Part shown: one piece after another, positions 13,001 to 28,000 of the stretch
Layout: each line of letters begins with the position of its first letter
Numbering within the stretch: position 1 is the first letter of the stretch
DNA from: Heterodontus francisci
Taxonomy: Eukaryota
Direction of reading: 5' to 3'
Assembly (NCBI RefSeq): GCF_036365525.1
Contig: NC_090378.1
Coordinates: 117,661,593 to 117,725,592, forward strand
DNA: 64,000 nucleotides
The notes under the pieces: model-generated
Database searches by the model: none
Told to the model about the DNA's origin: nothing
The model's input: the letters and a program-made list of their open reading frames with translations, nothing else
Translations under genes and position numbers: made by a program

Positions 13001-16000
13001 GGACTGTGTGTCCATTATTATATATTATATATAACTGTGGGATGTGTCAGTGCGGGAGGTGGGACTGGGTGTCCATTATTATATACTATATATAACTGTC
13101 AGATGTGTCAGTGCGGGAGGTGGGACTGTGTGTCCATTATTATATACTATATATAACTGTGGGATGTGTCAGTGCGGGAGGTGGGACTGTGTGTCCATTA
13201 TTATATACTATGTATAACTGCGGGATGTGTCAGTGCGGGAGGTGGGACTGTGTGTCCATTATTATATATTATATATAACTGTCGGATGTGTCAGTACAGG
13301 TGGTGGGACTGTGTGTCCATTATTATATATTATATATAACTGTGGGATGTGTCAGTGCGGGAGGTGGGACTGTGTGTCCATTATTATATACTATATATAA
13401 CTGTGGGATGTGTCAGTGCGGGAGGTGGGACTGTGTGTCCATTATTATATATTATATATAACTGTGGGATGTGTCAGTGCAGGTGGTGGGACAGTGTGTC
13501 CATTATTATATATTATATATAACTGTGGGATGTGTCAGTGCAGGAGGTGGGACTGTGTGTCCATTATTATATATTATATATAACTGTGGGATGTGTCAGT
13601 GCAGGTGGTGGGACAGTGTGTCCATTATTATATATTATATATAACTGTGGGATGTGTCAGTGCGGGAGGTGGGACTGTGTGTCCATTATTATATATTATA
13701 TATAAATGTGGGATGTGTCAGTGCAGGTGGTGGGACAGTGTGTCCATTATTATATATTATATATAACTGTGGGATGTGTCAGTGCGGGAGGTGGGACTGT
13801 GTGTCCATTATTATATATTATATATAACTGTGGGATGTGTCAGTGCAGGTGGTGGGACTGTGTGTCCATTATTATATATTATATATAACTGTGGGATGTG
13901 TCAGTACAGGAGGTGGGACAGTGTGTCCATTATTATATATTTTCTATAACTGTGGGATGTGTCAGTGCGGGAGGTGGGACTGTGTGTCCATTATTATATA
14001 TTATATATAACTGTGGGATGTGTCAGTGCAGGTGGTGGGACAGTGTGTCCATTATTATATATTATATATAACTGTGGGATGTGTCAGTGCGGGAGGTGGG
14101 ACTGTGTGTCCATTATTATATATTATATATAACTGTGGGATGTGTCAGTGCAGGTGGTGGGACTGTGTGTCCATTATTATATATTATATATAACTGTGGG
14201 ATGTGTCAGTACAGGAGGTGGGACAGTGTGTCCATTATTATATATTATATATAACTGTGGGATGTTTCAGTGCGGGAGGTTCGACTGTGTTTCCATTATT
14301 ATATATTATATATAACTGTGGAACGTGTCAGTCGAGGAGGTGGCACGGTGCGTCCATTATTATATATTATATATAACTGTGGGATGTGTCAGTGCAGGAG
14401 GTGGGACTGTGTGTCCATTATTATATATTATATATAACTGTGGAACGTGTCAGTCGAGGAGGTGGGACTGTGCGTCCATTATTATATATTATATATAACT
14501 GTGGGATGTGTCAGTGCGGGAGGTGGGACTGTGTGTCCATTACTATATATTATATATAACTGTGGAACGTGTAAATCAAGGAAGTGGGACTGTATCTCCA
14601 TTATTATATATTATATATAACTGTGGAACGTGTCAGTCGAGGAGGTGGGACTGTGCGTCCCTTATTATATATTATATATAACTGTGGAAAGTGTCAGTCG
14701 AGGAGGTGGGACTGTGTGTCCATTATTATATATTATATATAACTGTGGGATGTGTCAGTGCGGGAGGTGGGACTGTGTGTCCATTATTATATATTATATA
14801 TAACTGTGGGATGTGTCAGTACAGGAGGTGGGACTGTGTGTCCATTATTATATATTATATATAACTGTGGGATGTGTCAGTGCAGGAGGTGGGACTGTGT
14901 GTCCATTATTATATATTATATATAACTGTGGAACGTGTCAGTCGAGGAGGTGGGACTGTGCGTCCATTATTATATATTATATATAACTGTGGGATGTGTC
15001 AGTGCGGGAGGTGGGACTGTGTGTCCATTACTATATATTATATATAACTGTGGAACGTGTAAATCAAGGAAGTGGGACTGTGTGTCCATTATTATATATT
15101 ATATATAACTGTGGAACGTGTCAGTCGAGGAGGTGGGACTGTGCGTCCCTTATTATATATTATATATAACTGTGGAAAGTGTCAGTCGAGGAGGTGGGAC
15201 TGTGTGTCCATTATTATATATTATATATAACTGTGGGATGTGTCAGTGCGGGAGGTGGGACTGTGTGTCCATTATTATATATTATATATAACTGTGGGAT
15301 GTGTCAGTACAGGAGGTGGGACTGTGTGTCCATTATCATATATTATATATAACTGTGGAACGTGTCAGTCGAGGAGGTGGGACTGTGTGTCCATTATTAT
15401 ATATTATATATAACTGTGGAACGTGTCAGTCGAGGAGGTGGGACTGTGCGTCCATTATTATATATTATATATAACTGTGGGATGTGTCAGTGCGGGAGGT
15501 GGGACTGTGTGTCCATTACTATATATTATATATAACTGTGGAACGTGTAAATCAAGGAGGTGGGACTGTGTGTCCATTATTATATATTATATATAACTGT
15601 GGAACGTGTCAGTCGAGGAGGTGGGACTGTGTGTCCATTATTATATATTATATATAACTGTGGGATGTGTCAGTGCGGGAGGTGGGACTGTGTGTCCATT
15701 ATTATATATTATATATAACTGTGGGATGTGTCAGTACAGGAGGTGGGACTGTGTGTCCATTATCATATATTATATATAACTGTGGAACGTGTCAGTCGAG
15801 GAGGTGGGACTGTGCGTCCATTATTATATATTATATATAACTGTGGGATGTGTCAGTTCGGGAGGTGGGACTGTGTGTCCATTATTATATACTATATATA
15901 ATTGTGGGATGTGTCAGTGCGGGAGGTGGGACTGTGTGTCCATTATTATATATTATATATAACTGTAGGATGTGTCAGTACAGGTGGTGGGACTGTGTGT

Positions 16001-19000
16001 CTATTATTATATATTATATATAACTGTGGGATGTGTCAGTGCGGGAGGTGGGACTGTGTGTCCATTATTATATATTATATATAACTGTGGGATGTGTCAG
16101 TGCGGGAGGTGGGACTGTGTGTCCATTATTATATATTATATATAACTGTGGGATGTGTCAGTGCGGGAGGTGGGACTGTCTGTCCATTATTATATATTAT
16201 ATATAACTGTGGAACGTGTCAGTCGAGGAGGTGGCACGGTGCGTCCATTAATATATATTATATATAACTGTGGGATGTGTCAGTGCAGGAGGTGGGACTG
16301 TGTGTCCATTATTATATATTATATATAACTGTGGAACGTGTCAGTCGAGGAGGTGGGACTGTGCGTCCCTTATTATATATTATATATAACTGTGGAAAGT
16401 GTCAGTCGAGGAGGTGGGACTGTGTGTCCATTATTATATATTATATATAACTGTGGGATGTGTCAGTGCGGGAGGTGGGACTGTGTGTCCATTATTATAT
16501 ATTATATATAACTGTGGGATGTGTCAGTACAGGAGGTGGGACTGTGTGTCCATTATCATATATTATATATAACTGTGGAACGTGTCAGTCGAGGAGGTGG
16601 GACTGTGCGTCCATTATTATATATTATATATAACTGTGGGATGTGTCAGTTCGGGAGGTGGGACTGTGTGTCCATTATTATATACTATATATAATTGTGG
16701 GATGTGTCAGTGCGGGAGGTGGGACTGTGTGTCCATTATTATATATTATATATAACTGTAGGATGTGTCAGTACAGGTGGTGGGACTGTGTGTCTATTAT
16801 TATATATTATATATAACTGTGGGATGTGTCAGTGCGGGAGGTGGGACTGTGTGTCCATTATTATATATTATATATAACTGTGGGATGTGTCAGTGCGGGA
16901 GGTGGGACTGTGTGTCCATTATTATATATTATATATAACTGTGGGATGTGTCAGTGCGGGAGGTGGGACTGTCTGTCCATTATTATATATTATATATAAC
17001 TGTGGAACGTGTCAGTCGAGGAGGTGGCACGGTGCGTCCATTAATATATATTATATATAACTGTGGGATGTGTCAGTGCAGGAGGTGGGACTGTGTGTCC
17101 ATTATTATATATTATATATAACTGTGGGATGTGTCAGTGCGGGAGGTGGGACTGTGTGTCCATTATTATATATTATATATAACTGTGGGATGTGTCAGTA
17201 CAGGAGGTGGGACTGTGTGTCCATTATTATATATTATATATAACTGTGGAACGTGTCAGTCGAGGAGGTGGGACTGTGCGTCCATTATTATATATTATAT
17301 ATAACTGTGGGATGTGTCAGTTCGGGAGGTGGGACTGTGTGTCCATTATTATATATCATATATAAATGTGGGATGTGTCAGTGCAGGAGGTGGGACTGTG
17401 TGTCCATTATTATATATTATATATAACTGTCGGATGTGTCAGTACAGGAGGTGGGACTGTGTGTCCATTATTATATATTCTAGATAACTGTCGGATGTGT
17501 CAGTGCAGGAGGTGGGACTGTGTGTCCATTATTATATATTATATATAACTGTGGAACGTGTCAGTCGAGGAGGTGGGACTGTGCGTCCATTATTATATAT
17601 TATATATAACTTTGGGATGTGTCAGTGCGGGAGGTGGGACTGTGTGTCCATTACTATATATTATATATAACTGTGGAACGTGTAAATCAAGGAAGTGGGA
17701 CTGTGTCTCCATTATTATATATTATATATAACTGTGGAACGTGTCAGTCGAGGAGGTGGGACTGTGCGTCCCTTATTATATATTATATATAACTGTGGAA
17801 AGTGTCAGTCGAGGAGGTGGGACTGTGTGTCCATTATTATATATTATATATAACTGTGGGATGTGTCAGTGCGGGAGGTGGGACTGTGTGTCCATTATTA
17901 TATATTATATATAACTGTGGGATGTGTCAGTACAGGAGGTGGGACTGTGTGTCCATTATCATATATTATATATAACTGTGGAACGTGTCAGTCGAGGAGG
18001 TGGGACTGTGCGTCCATTATTATATATTATATATAACTGTGGGATGTGTCAGTTCGGGAGGTGGGACTGTGTGTCCATTATTATATACTATATATAATTG
18101 TGGGATGTGTCAGTGCGGGAGGTGGGACTGTGTGTCCATTACTATATATTATATATAACTGTGGAACGTGTAAATCAAGGAAGTGGGACTGTGTCTCCAT
18201 TATTATATATTATATATAACTGTGGAACGTGTCAGTCGAGGAGGTGGGACTGTGCGTCCCTTATTATATATTATATATAACTGTGGAAAGTGTCAGTCGA
18301 GGAGGTGGGACTGTGTGTCCATTATTATATATTATATATAACTGTGGGATGTGTCAGTGCGGGAGGTGGGACTGTGTGTCCATTATTATATATTATATAT
18401 AACTGTGGGATGTGTCAGTACAGGAGGTGGGACTGTGTGTCCATTATTATATATTATATATAACTGTGGGATGTGTCAGTGCAGGAGGTGGGACTGTGTG
18501 TCCATTATTATATATTATATATAACTGTGGAACGTGTCAGTCGAGGAGGTGGGACTGTGCGTCCATTATTATATATTATATATAACTGTGGGATGTGTCA
18601 GTGCGGGATGTGGGACTGTATGTCCATTACTATATATTATATATAACTGTGGAACGTGTAAATCAAGGAAGTGGGACTGTGTCTCCATTATTATATATTA
18701 TATATAACTGTGGAACGTGTCAGTCGAGGAGGTGGGACTGTGCGTCCCTTATTATATATTATATATAACTGTGGAAAGTGTCAGTCGAGGAGGTGGGACT
18801 GTGTGTCCATTATTATATATTATATATAACTGTGGGATGTGTCAGTGCGGGAGGTGGGACTGTGTGTCCATTATTATATATTATATATAACTGTGGGATG
18901 TGTCAGTGCAGGAGGTGGGACTGTGTGTCCATTATTATATATTATATATAACTGAGGGATGTGTCAGGACAGGAGGTGGGACTGTGTGTCCATTATTATA

Positions 19001-22000
19001 TATTATATATAACTGTGGGATGGGTCAGTGCGGGAGGTGGGACTGTGTGTCGATTATAATATATTATATACAACTGTGGGATGTGTCAGTACAGGAGGTG
19101 CGACTGTGTGTCCATTATTATTATTATATATAACTGTGGGATATGTCAGTGCAGGAGGTGGGACTGTATGTCGATTATTATATATTATATATAACTGTGG
19201 GATGTGTCAGAGCGGGAGGTGGGATTTTGTGTCCATTATTATATATAATATATAAATGTGGGATTTTTCAGTGCAGGAGGTGGGACTGTGTGTCCATTAT
19301 TATCTATTATATATAACTGTGGGATGTGTCAGTGCGGGAGGTGGGACTGTGTATCCATTATTATATATTATATATAACTGTGGGTTGTGTCAGTAGAGGA
19401 GGTGGGACTGTGAGTCCATTATTATATATAATATATAATTGTGGGATGTGTCAGTGCGGGAGGTGGGACTGTGTGTCCATTATTATATATTATATATAAC
19501 TGTGGGTTGTGTCAGTAGAGGAGGTGGGACTGTGTGTCCATTATTATATATTATATATAACTGTGGGTTGTGTCAGTAGAGGAGGTGGGACTGTGTATCC
19601 AATATTATATATTATGTATAACTGTGGGATGTGTCAGTGCAGGAGGTGGGACTGTGAGTCCATTATTATATATAATATATAATTGTGGGATGTGTCAGTG
19701 CAGGAGGTGGGACTGTGTGTCCAATATTATATATTATGTATAACTGTGGGTTGTGTCAGTAGAGGAGGTGGGACTGTGAGTCCATTATTATATATAATAT
19801 ATAATTGTGGGATGTGTCAGTGCAGGAGGTGGGACTGTGTGTCCAATATTATATATTATATATAACTGTGGGATGTGTCAGTGCGGGAGGTGGGACTGTG
19901 TGTCCATTATTATATATTATATATAACTGTGGAACGTGTCAGTGTGGGAGGTGGGACTATGCGTCCATTATTATATATTATATATAACTGTGGAATGTGT
20001 CAGTCGAGGAGGTGGGACTGTGCGTCCATTATTATATATTATATATAACTGTGGAACGTGTCAGTCGAGGAGGTGGGACTGTGCGTCCCTTATTATATAT
20101 TATATATAACTGTGGAAAGTGTCAGTCGAGGAGGTGGGACTGTGTGTCCATTATTATATATTATATATAACTGTGGGATGTGTCAGTGCGGGAGGTGGGA
20201 CTGTGTGTCCATTATTATATATTATATATAACTGTGGGATGTGTCAGTACAGGAGGTGGGACTGTGTGTCCATTATTATATATTATATATAACTGTGGAA
20301 CGTGTCAGTCGAGGAGGTGGGACTGTGCGTCCATTATTATATATTATATATAACTGTGGGATGTGTCAGTTCGGGAGGTGGGACTGTGTGTCCATTATTA
20401 TATATCATATATAAATGTGGGATGTGTCAGTGCAGGAGGTGGGACTGTGTGTCCATTATTATATATTATATATAACTGTCGGATGTGTCAGTGCGGGAGG
20501 TGGGACTGTGTGTCCATGATTATATATTCTAGATAACTGTCGGATGTGTCAGTACAGGAGGTGGGACCGTGTGTCCAATATTATGTCTTATATATAACTG
20601 TGGGATGTGTCAGTGCGGGAGGTGGGACTGTGTGTCCATGAACATATATTATATATAACTGTGGGATGTGTCAGTACAGGACGTGGGACTGTGAGCCCAT
20701 TATTATATATTCTAGATAACAGTGGGATCTGTCAGGACAGGAGGTGGGGCTGTCTGTCCAATATTATATATTATATATAACTGTCGGATGTGTCAGTACA
20801 GGAGGTGGGACTGTGTGTCCAATATTATGTCTTATATATAACTGTGGGACGTGTCAGTCCAGGAGGTGGGAATGTGTGTCCATTATTATATATTAGATAT
20901 AACTGTGGGATGTGTCAGTACAGGAGGTGGGACTGTGTGTCCATTATTATATATTAAATATAACTGTGGGATGTGTCAGTACAGGAGGTGGGACTGTGTG
21001 TCCATTATTATATATTATATATAAATGTGGGATGTGTCAGTGCAGGAGGTGGGACTGTGTGTCCATTATTATATATTATATATAACTGTGGGATGTGTCA
21101 GTGCGGGAGGTGGGACTGTGTGTCCATGAACATATATTATATATAACTGTGGGATGTGTCAGTACAGGACGTGGGACTGTGAGCCCATTATTATATATTC
21201 TAGATAACAGTGGGATGTGTCAGTACAGGGGGTGGGACTGTGTGTCCATTATTATATATTATATATAACTGTGGGATGTGTCAGTGCAGGAGGTGGGACT
21301 GTGTGTCCATTATTATATATTATATATAACTGAGGGATGTGTCAGGACAGGAGGTGGGACTGTGTGTCGATTATTATATATTATATATAACTGTGGGATG
21401 TGTCAGAGCGGGAGGTGGGATTTTGTGTCCATTATTATATATAATATATAAATGTGGGATGTGTCAGTGCAGGAGGTGGGACTGTGTGTCCATTATTATC
21501 TATTATATATAACTGTGGGATGTGTCAGTGCGGGAGGTGGGACTGTGTGTCCATTATTATATATTATATATAACTGTGGAACGTGTCAGTCGAGGAGGTG
21601 GTACTGTGCGTCCATTATTATATATTATATATAACTGTGGGATGTGTCAGTGCGGGAGGTGGGACTGTCTGTCCATTATTATATATTATATATAACTGTG
21701 GAACGTGTCAGTCGAGGAGGTGGCACGGTGCGTCCATTATTATATATTATATATAACTGTGGGATGTGTCAGTGCAGGAGGTGGGACTGTGTGTCCATTA
21801 TTATATATTATATATAACTGTGGAACGTGTCAGTCGAGGAGGTGGGACTGTGCGTCCATTATTATATATTATATATAACTGTGGGAAGTGTCAGTGCGGG
21901 AGGTGGGACTGTGTGTCCATTACTATATATTATATATAACTGTGGAACGTGTAAATCAAGGAAGTGGGACTGTATCTCCATTATTATATATTATATATAA

Positions 22001-25000
22001 CTGTGGAACGTGTCAGTCGAGGAGGTGGGACTGTGCGTCCCTTATTATATATTATATATAACTGTGGAAAGTGTCAGTCGAGGAGGTGGGACTGTGTGTC
22101 CATTATTATATATTATATATAACTGTGGGATGTGTCAGTGCGGGAGGTGGGACTGTGTGTCCATTATTATATATTATATATAACTGTGGGATGTGTCAGT
22201 ACAGGAGGTGGGACTGTGTGTCCATTATTATATATTATATATAACTGTGGGATGTGTCAGTGCAGGAGGTGGGACTGTGTGTCCATTATTATATATTATA
22301 TATAACTGTGGAACGTGTCAGTCGAGGAGGTGGGACTGTGCGTCCATTATTATATATTATATATAACTGTGGGATGTGTCAGTGCGGGAGGTGGGACTGT
22401 GTGTCCATTACTATATATTATATATAACTGTGGAACGTGTAAATCAAGGAAGTGGGACTGTGTGTCCATTATTATATATTATATATAACTGTGGAACGTG
22501 TCAGTCGAGGAGGTGGGACTGTGCGTCCCTTATTATATATTATATATAACTGTGGAAAGTGTCAGTCGAGGAGGTGGGACTGTGTGTCCATTATTATATA
22601 TTATATATAACTGTGGGATGTGTCAGTGCGGGAGGTGGGACTGTGTGTCCATTATTATATATTATATATAACTGTGGGATGTGTCAGTACAGGAGGTGGG
22701 ACTGTGTGTCCATTATCATATATTATATATAACTGTGGAACGTGTCAGTCGAGGAGGTGGGACTGTGTGTCCATTATTATATATTATATATAACTGTGGA
22801 ACGTGTCAGTCGAGGAGGTGGGACTGTGCGTCCATTATTATATATTATATATAACTGTGGGATGTGTCAGTGCGGGAGGTGGGACTGTGTGTCCATTACT
22901 ATATATTATATATAACTGTGGAACGTGTAAATCAAGGAGGTGGGACTGTGTGTCCATTATTATATATTATATATAACTGTGGAACGCGTCAGTCGAGGAG
23001 GTGGGACTGTGTGTCCATTATTATATATTATATATAACTGTGGGATGTGTCAGTGCGGGAGGTGGGACTGTGTGTCCATTATTATATATTATATATAACT
23101 GTGGGATGTGTCAGTACAGGAGGTGGGACTGTGTGTCCATTATCATATATTATATATAACTGTGGAACGTGTCAGTCGAGGAGGTGGGACTGTGCGTCCA
23201 TTATTATATATTATATATAACTGTGGGATGTGTCAGTTCGGGAGGTGGGACTGTGTGTCCATTATTATATACTATATATAATAGTGGGATGTGTCAGTGC
23301 GGGAGGTGGGACTGTGTGTCCATTATTATATATTATATATAACTGTAGGATGTGTCAGTACAGGTGGTGGGACTGTGTGTCTATTATTATATATTATATA
23401 TAACTGTGGGATGTGTCAGTGCGGGAGGTGGGACTGTGTGTCCATTATTATATATTATATATAACTGTGGGATGTGTCAGTGCGGGAGGTGGGACTGTGT
23501 GTCCATTATTATATATTATATATAACTGTGGGATGTGTCAGTGCGGGAGGTGGGACTGTCTGTCCATTATTATATATTATATATAACTGTGGAACGTGTC
23601 AGTCGAGGAGGTGGCACGGTGCGTCCATTAATATATATTATATATAACTGTGGGATGTGTCAGTGCAGGAGGTGGGACTGTGTGTCCATTATTATATATT
23701 ATATATAACTGTGGAACGTGTCAGTCGAGGAGGTGGGACTGTGCGTCCCTTATTATATATTATATATAACTGTGGAAAGTGTCAGTCGAGGAGGTGGGAC
23801 TGTGTGTCCATTATTATATATTATATATAACTGTGGGATGTGTCAGTGCGGGAGGTGGGACTGTGTGTCCATTATTATATATTATATATAACTGTGGGAT
23901 GTGTCAGTACAGGAGGTGGGACTGTGTGTCCATTATCATATATTATATATAACTGTGGAACGTGTCAGTCGAGGAGGTGGGACTGTGCGTCCATTATTAT
24001 ATATTATATATAACTGTGGGATGTGTCAGTTCGGGAGGTGGGACTGTGTGTCCATTATTATATACTATATATAATTGTGGGATGTGTCAGTGCGGGAGGT
24101 GGGACTGTGTGTCCATTATTATATATTATATATAACTGTAGGATGTGTCAGTACAGGTGGTGGGACTGTGTGTCTATTATTATATATTATATATAACTGT
24201 GGGATGTGTCAGTGCGGGAGGTGGGACTGTGTGTCCATTATTATATATTATATATAACTGTGGGATGTGTCAGTGCGGGAGGTGGGACTGTGTGTCCATT
24301 ATTATATATTATATATAACTGTGGGATGTGTCAGTGCGGGAGGTGGGACTGTCTGTCCATTATTATATATTATATATAACTGTGGAACGTGTCAGTCGAG
24401 GAGGTGGCACGGTGCGTCCATTAATATATATTATATATAACTGTGGGATGTGTCAGTGCAGGAGGTGGGACTGTGTGTCCATTATTATATATTATATATA
24501 ACTGTGGGATGTGTCAGTGCGGGAGGTGGGACTGTGTGTCCATTATTATATATTATATATAACTGTGGGATGTGTCAGTACAGGAGGTGGGACTGTGTGT
24601 CCATTATTATATATTATATATAACTGTGGAACGTGTCAGTCGAGGAGGTGGGACTGTGCGTCCATTATTATATATTATATATAACTGTGGGATGTGTCAG
24701 TTCGGGAGGTGGGACTGTGTGTCCATTATTATATATCATATATAAATGTGGGATGTGTCAGTGCAGGAGGTGGGACTGTGTGTCCATTATTATATATTAT
24801 ATATAACTGTCGGATGTGTCAGTACAGGAGGTGGGACTGTGTGTCCATTATTATATATTCTAGATAACTGTCGGATGTGTCAGTGCAGGAGGTGGGACTG
24901 TGTGTCCATTATTATATATTATATATAACTGTGGAACGTGTCAGTCGAGGAGGTGGGACTGTGCGTCCATTATTATATATTATATATAACTTTGGGATGT

Positions 25001-28000
25001 GTCAGTGCGGGAGGTGGGACTGTGTGTCCATTACTATATATTATATATAACTGTGGAACGTGTAAATCAAGGAAGTGGGACTGTGTCTCCATTATTATAT
25101 ATTATATATAACTGTGGAACGTGTCAGTCGAGGAGGTGGGACTGTGCGTCCCTTATTATATATTATATATAACTGTGGAAAGTGTCAGTCGAGGAGGTGG
25201 GACTGTGTGTCCATTATTATATATTATATATAACTGTGGGATGTGTCAGTGCGGGAGGTGGGACTGTGTGTCCATTATTATATATTATATATAACTGTGG
25301 GATGTGTCAGTACAGGAGGTGGGACTGTGTGTCCATTATCATATATTATATATAACTGTGGAACGTGTCAGTCGAGGAGGTGGGACTGTGCGTCCATTAT
25401 TATATATTATATATAACTGTGGGATGTGTCAGTTCGGGAGGTGGGACTGTGTGTCCATTATTATATACTATATATAATTGTGGGATGTGTCAGTGCGGGA
25501 GGTGGGACTGTGTGTCCATTACTATATATTATATATAACTGTGGAACGTGTAAATCAAGGAAGTGGGACTGTGTCTCCATTATTATATATTATATATAAC
25601 TGTGGAACGTGTCAGTCGAGGAGGTGGGACTGTGCGTCCCTTATTATATATTATATATAACTGTGGAAAGTGTCAGTCGAGGAGGTGGGACTGTGTGTCC
25701 ATTATTATATATTATATATAACTGTGGGATGTGTCAGTGCGGGAGGTGGGACTGTGTGTCCATTATTATATATTATATATAACTGTGGGATGTGTCAGTA
25801 CAGGAGGTGGGACTGTGTGTCCATTATTATATATTATATATAACTGTGGGATGTGTCAGTGCAGGAGGTGGGACTGTGTGTCCATTATTATATATTATAT
25901 ATAACTGTGGAACGTGTCAGTCGAGGAGGTGGGACTGTGCGTCCATTATTATATATTATATATAACTGTGGGATGTGTCAGTGCGGGATGTGGGACTGTG
26001 TGTCCATTACTATATATTATATATAACTGTGGAACGTGTAAATCAAGGAAGTGGGACTGTGTCTCCATTATTATATATTATATATAACTGTGGAACGTGT
26101 CAGTCGAGGAGGTGGGACTGTGCGTCCCTTATTATATATTATATATAACTGTGGAAAGTGTCAGTCGAGGAGGTGGGACTGTGTGTCCATTATTATATAT
26201 TATATATAACTGTGGGATGTGTCAGTGCGGGAGGTGGGACTGTGTGTCCATTATTATATATTATATATAACTGTGGGATGTGTCAGTGCAGGAGGTGGGA
26301 CTGTGTGTCCATTATTATATATTATATATAACTGAGGGATGTGTCAGGACAGGAGGTGGGACTGTGTGTCCATTATTATATATTATATATAACTGTGGGA
26401 TGGGTCAGTGCGGGAGGTGGGACTGTGTGTCGATTATAATATATTATATACAACTGTGGGATGTGTCAGTACAGGAGGTGCGACTGTGTGTCCATTATTA
26501 TTATTATATATAACTGTGGGATATGTCAGTGCAGGAGGTGGGACTGTATGTCGATTATTATATATTATATATAACTGTGGGATGTGTCAGAGCGGGAGGT
26601 GGGATTTTGTGTCCATTATTATATATAATATATAAATGTGGGATTTTTCAGTGCAGGAGGTGGGACTGTGTGTCCATTATTATCTATTATATATAACTGT
26701 GGGATGTGTCAGTGCGGGAGGTGGGACTGTGTATCCATTATTATATATTATATATAACTGTGGGTTGTGTCAGTAGAGGAGGTGGGACTGTGAGTCCATT
26801 ATTATATATAATATATAATTGTGGGATGTGTCAGTGCGGGAGGTGGGACTGTGTGTCCATTATTATATATTATATATAACTGTGGGTTGTGTCAGTAGAG
26901 GAGGTGGGACTGTGTGTCCATTATTATATATTATATATAACTGTGGGTTGTGTCAGTAGAGGAGGTGGGACTGTGTATCCAATATTATATATTATGTATA
27001 ACTGTGGGATGTGTCAGTGCAGGAGGTGGGACTGTGAGTCCATTATTATATATAATATATAATTGTGGGATGTGTCAGTGCAGGAGGTGGGACTGTGTGT
27101 CCAATATTATATATTATGTATAACTGTGGGTTGTGTCAGTAGAGGAGGTGGGACTGTGAGTCCATTATTATATATAATATATAATTGTGGGATGTGTCAG
27201 TGCAGGAGGTGGGACTGTGTGTCCAATATTATATATTATATATAACTGTGGGATGTGTCAGTGCGGGAGGTGGGACTGTGTGTCCATTATTATATATTAT
27301 ATATAACTGTGGAACGTGTCAGTGTGGGAGGTGGGACTATGCGTCCATTATTATATATTATATATAACTGTGGAATGTGTCAGTCGAGGAGGTGGGACTG
27401 TGCGTCCATTATTATATATTATATATAACTGTGGAACGTGTCAGTCGAGGAGGTGGGACTGTGCGTCCCTTATTATATATTATATATAACTGTGGAAAGT
27501 GTCAGTCGAGGAGGTGGGACTGTGTGTCCATTATTATATATTATATATAACTGTGGGATGTGTCAGTGCGGGAGGTGGGACTGTGTGTCCATTATTATAT
27601 ATTATATATAACTGTGGGATGTGTCAGTACAGGAGGTGGGACTGTGTGTCCATTATTATATATTATATATAACTGTGGAACGTGTCAGTCGAGGAGGTGG
27701 GACTGTGCGTCCATTATTATATATTATATATAACTGTGGGATGTGTCAGTTCGGGAGGTGGGACTGTGTGTCCATTATTATATATCATATATAAATGTGG
27801 GATGTGTCAGTGCAGGAGGTGGGACTGTGTGTCCATTATTATATATTATATATAACTGTCGGATGTGTCAGTGCGGGAGGTGGGACTGTGTGTCCATGAT
27901 TATATATTCTAGATAACTGTCGGATGTGTCAGTACAGGAGGTGGGACCGTGTGTCCAATATTATGTCTTATATATAACTGTGGGATGTGTCAGTGCGGGA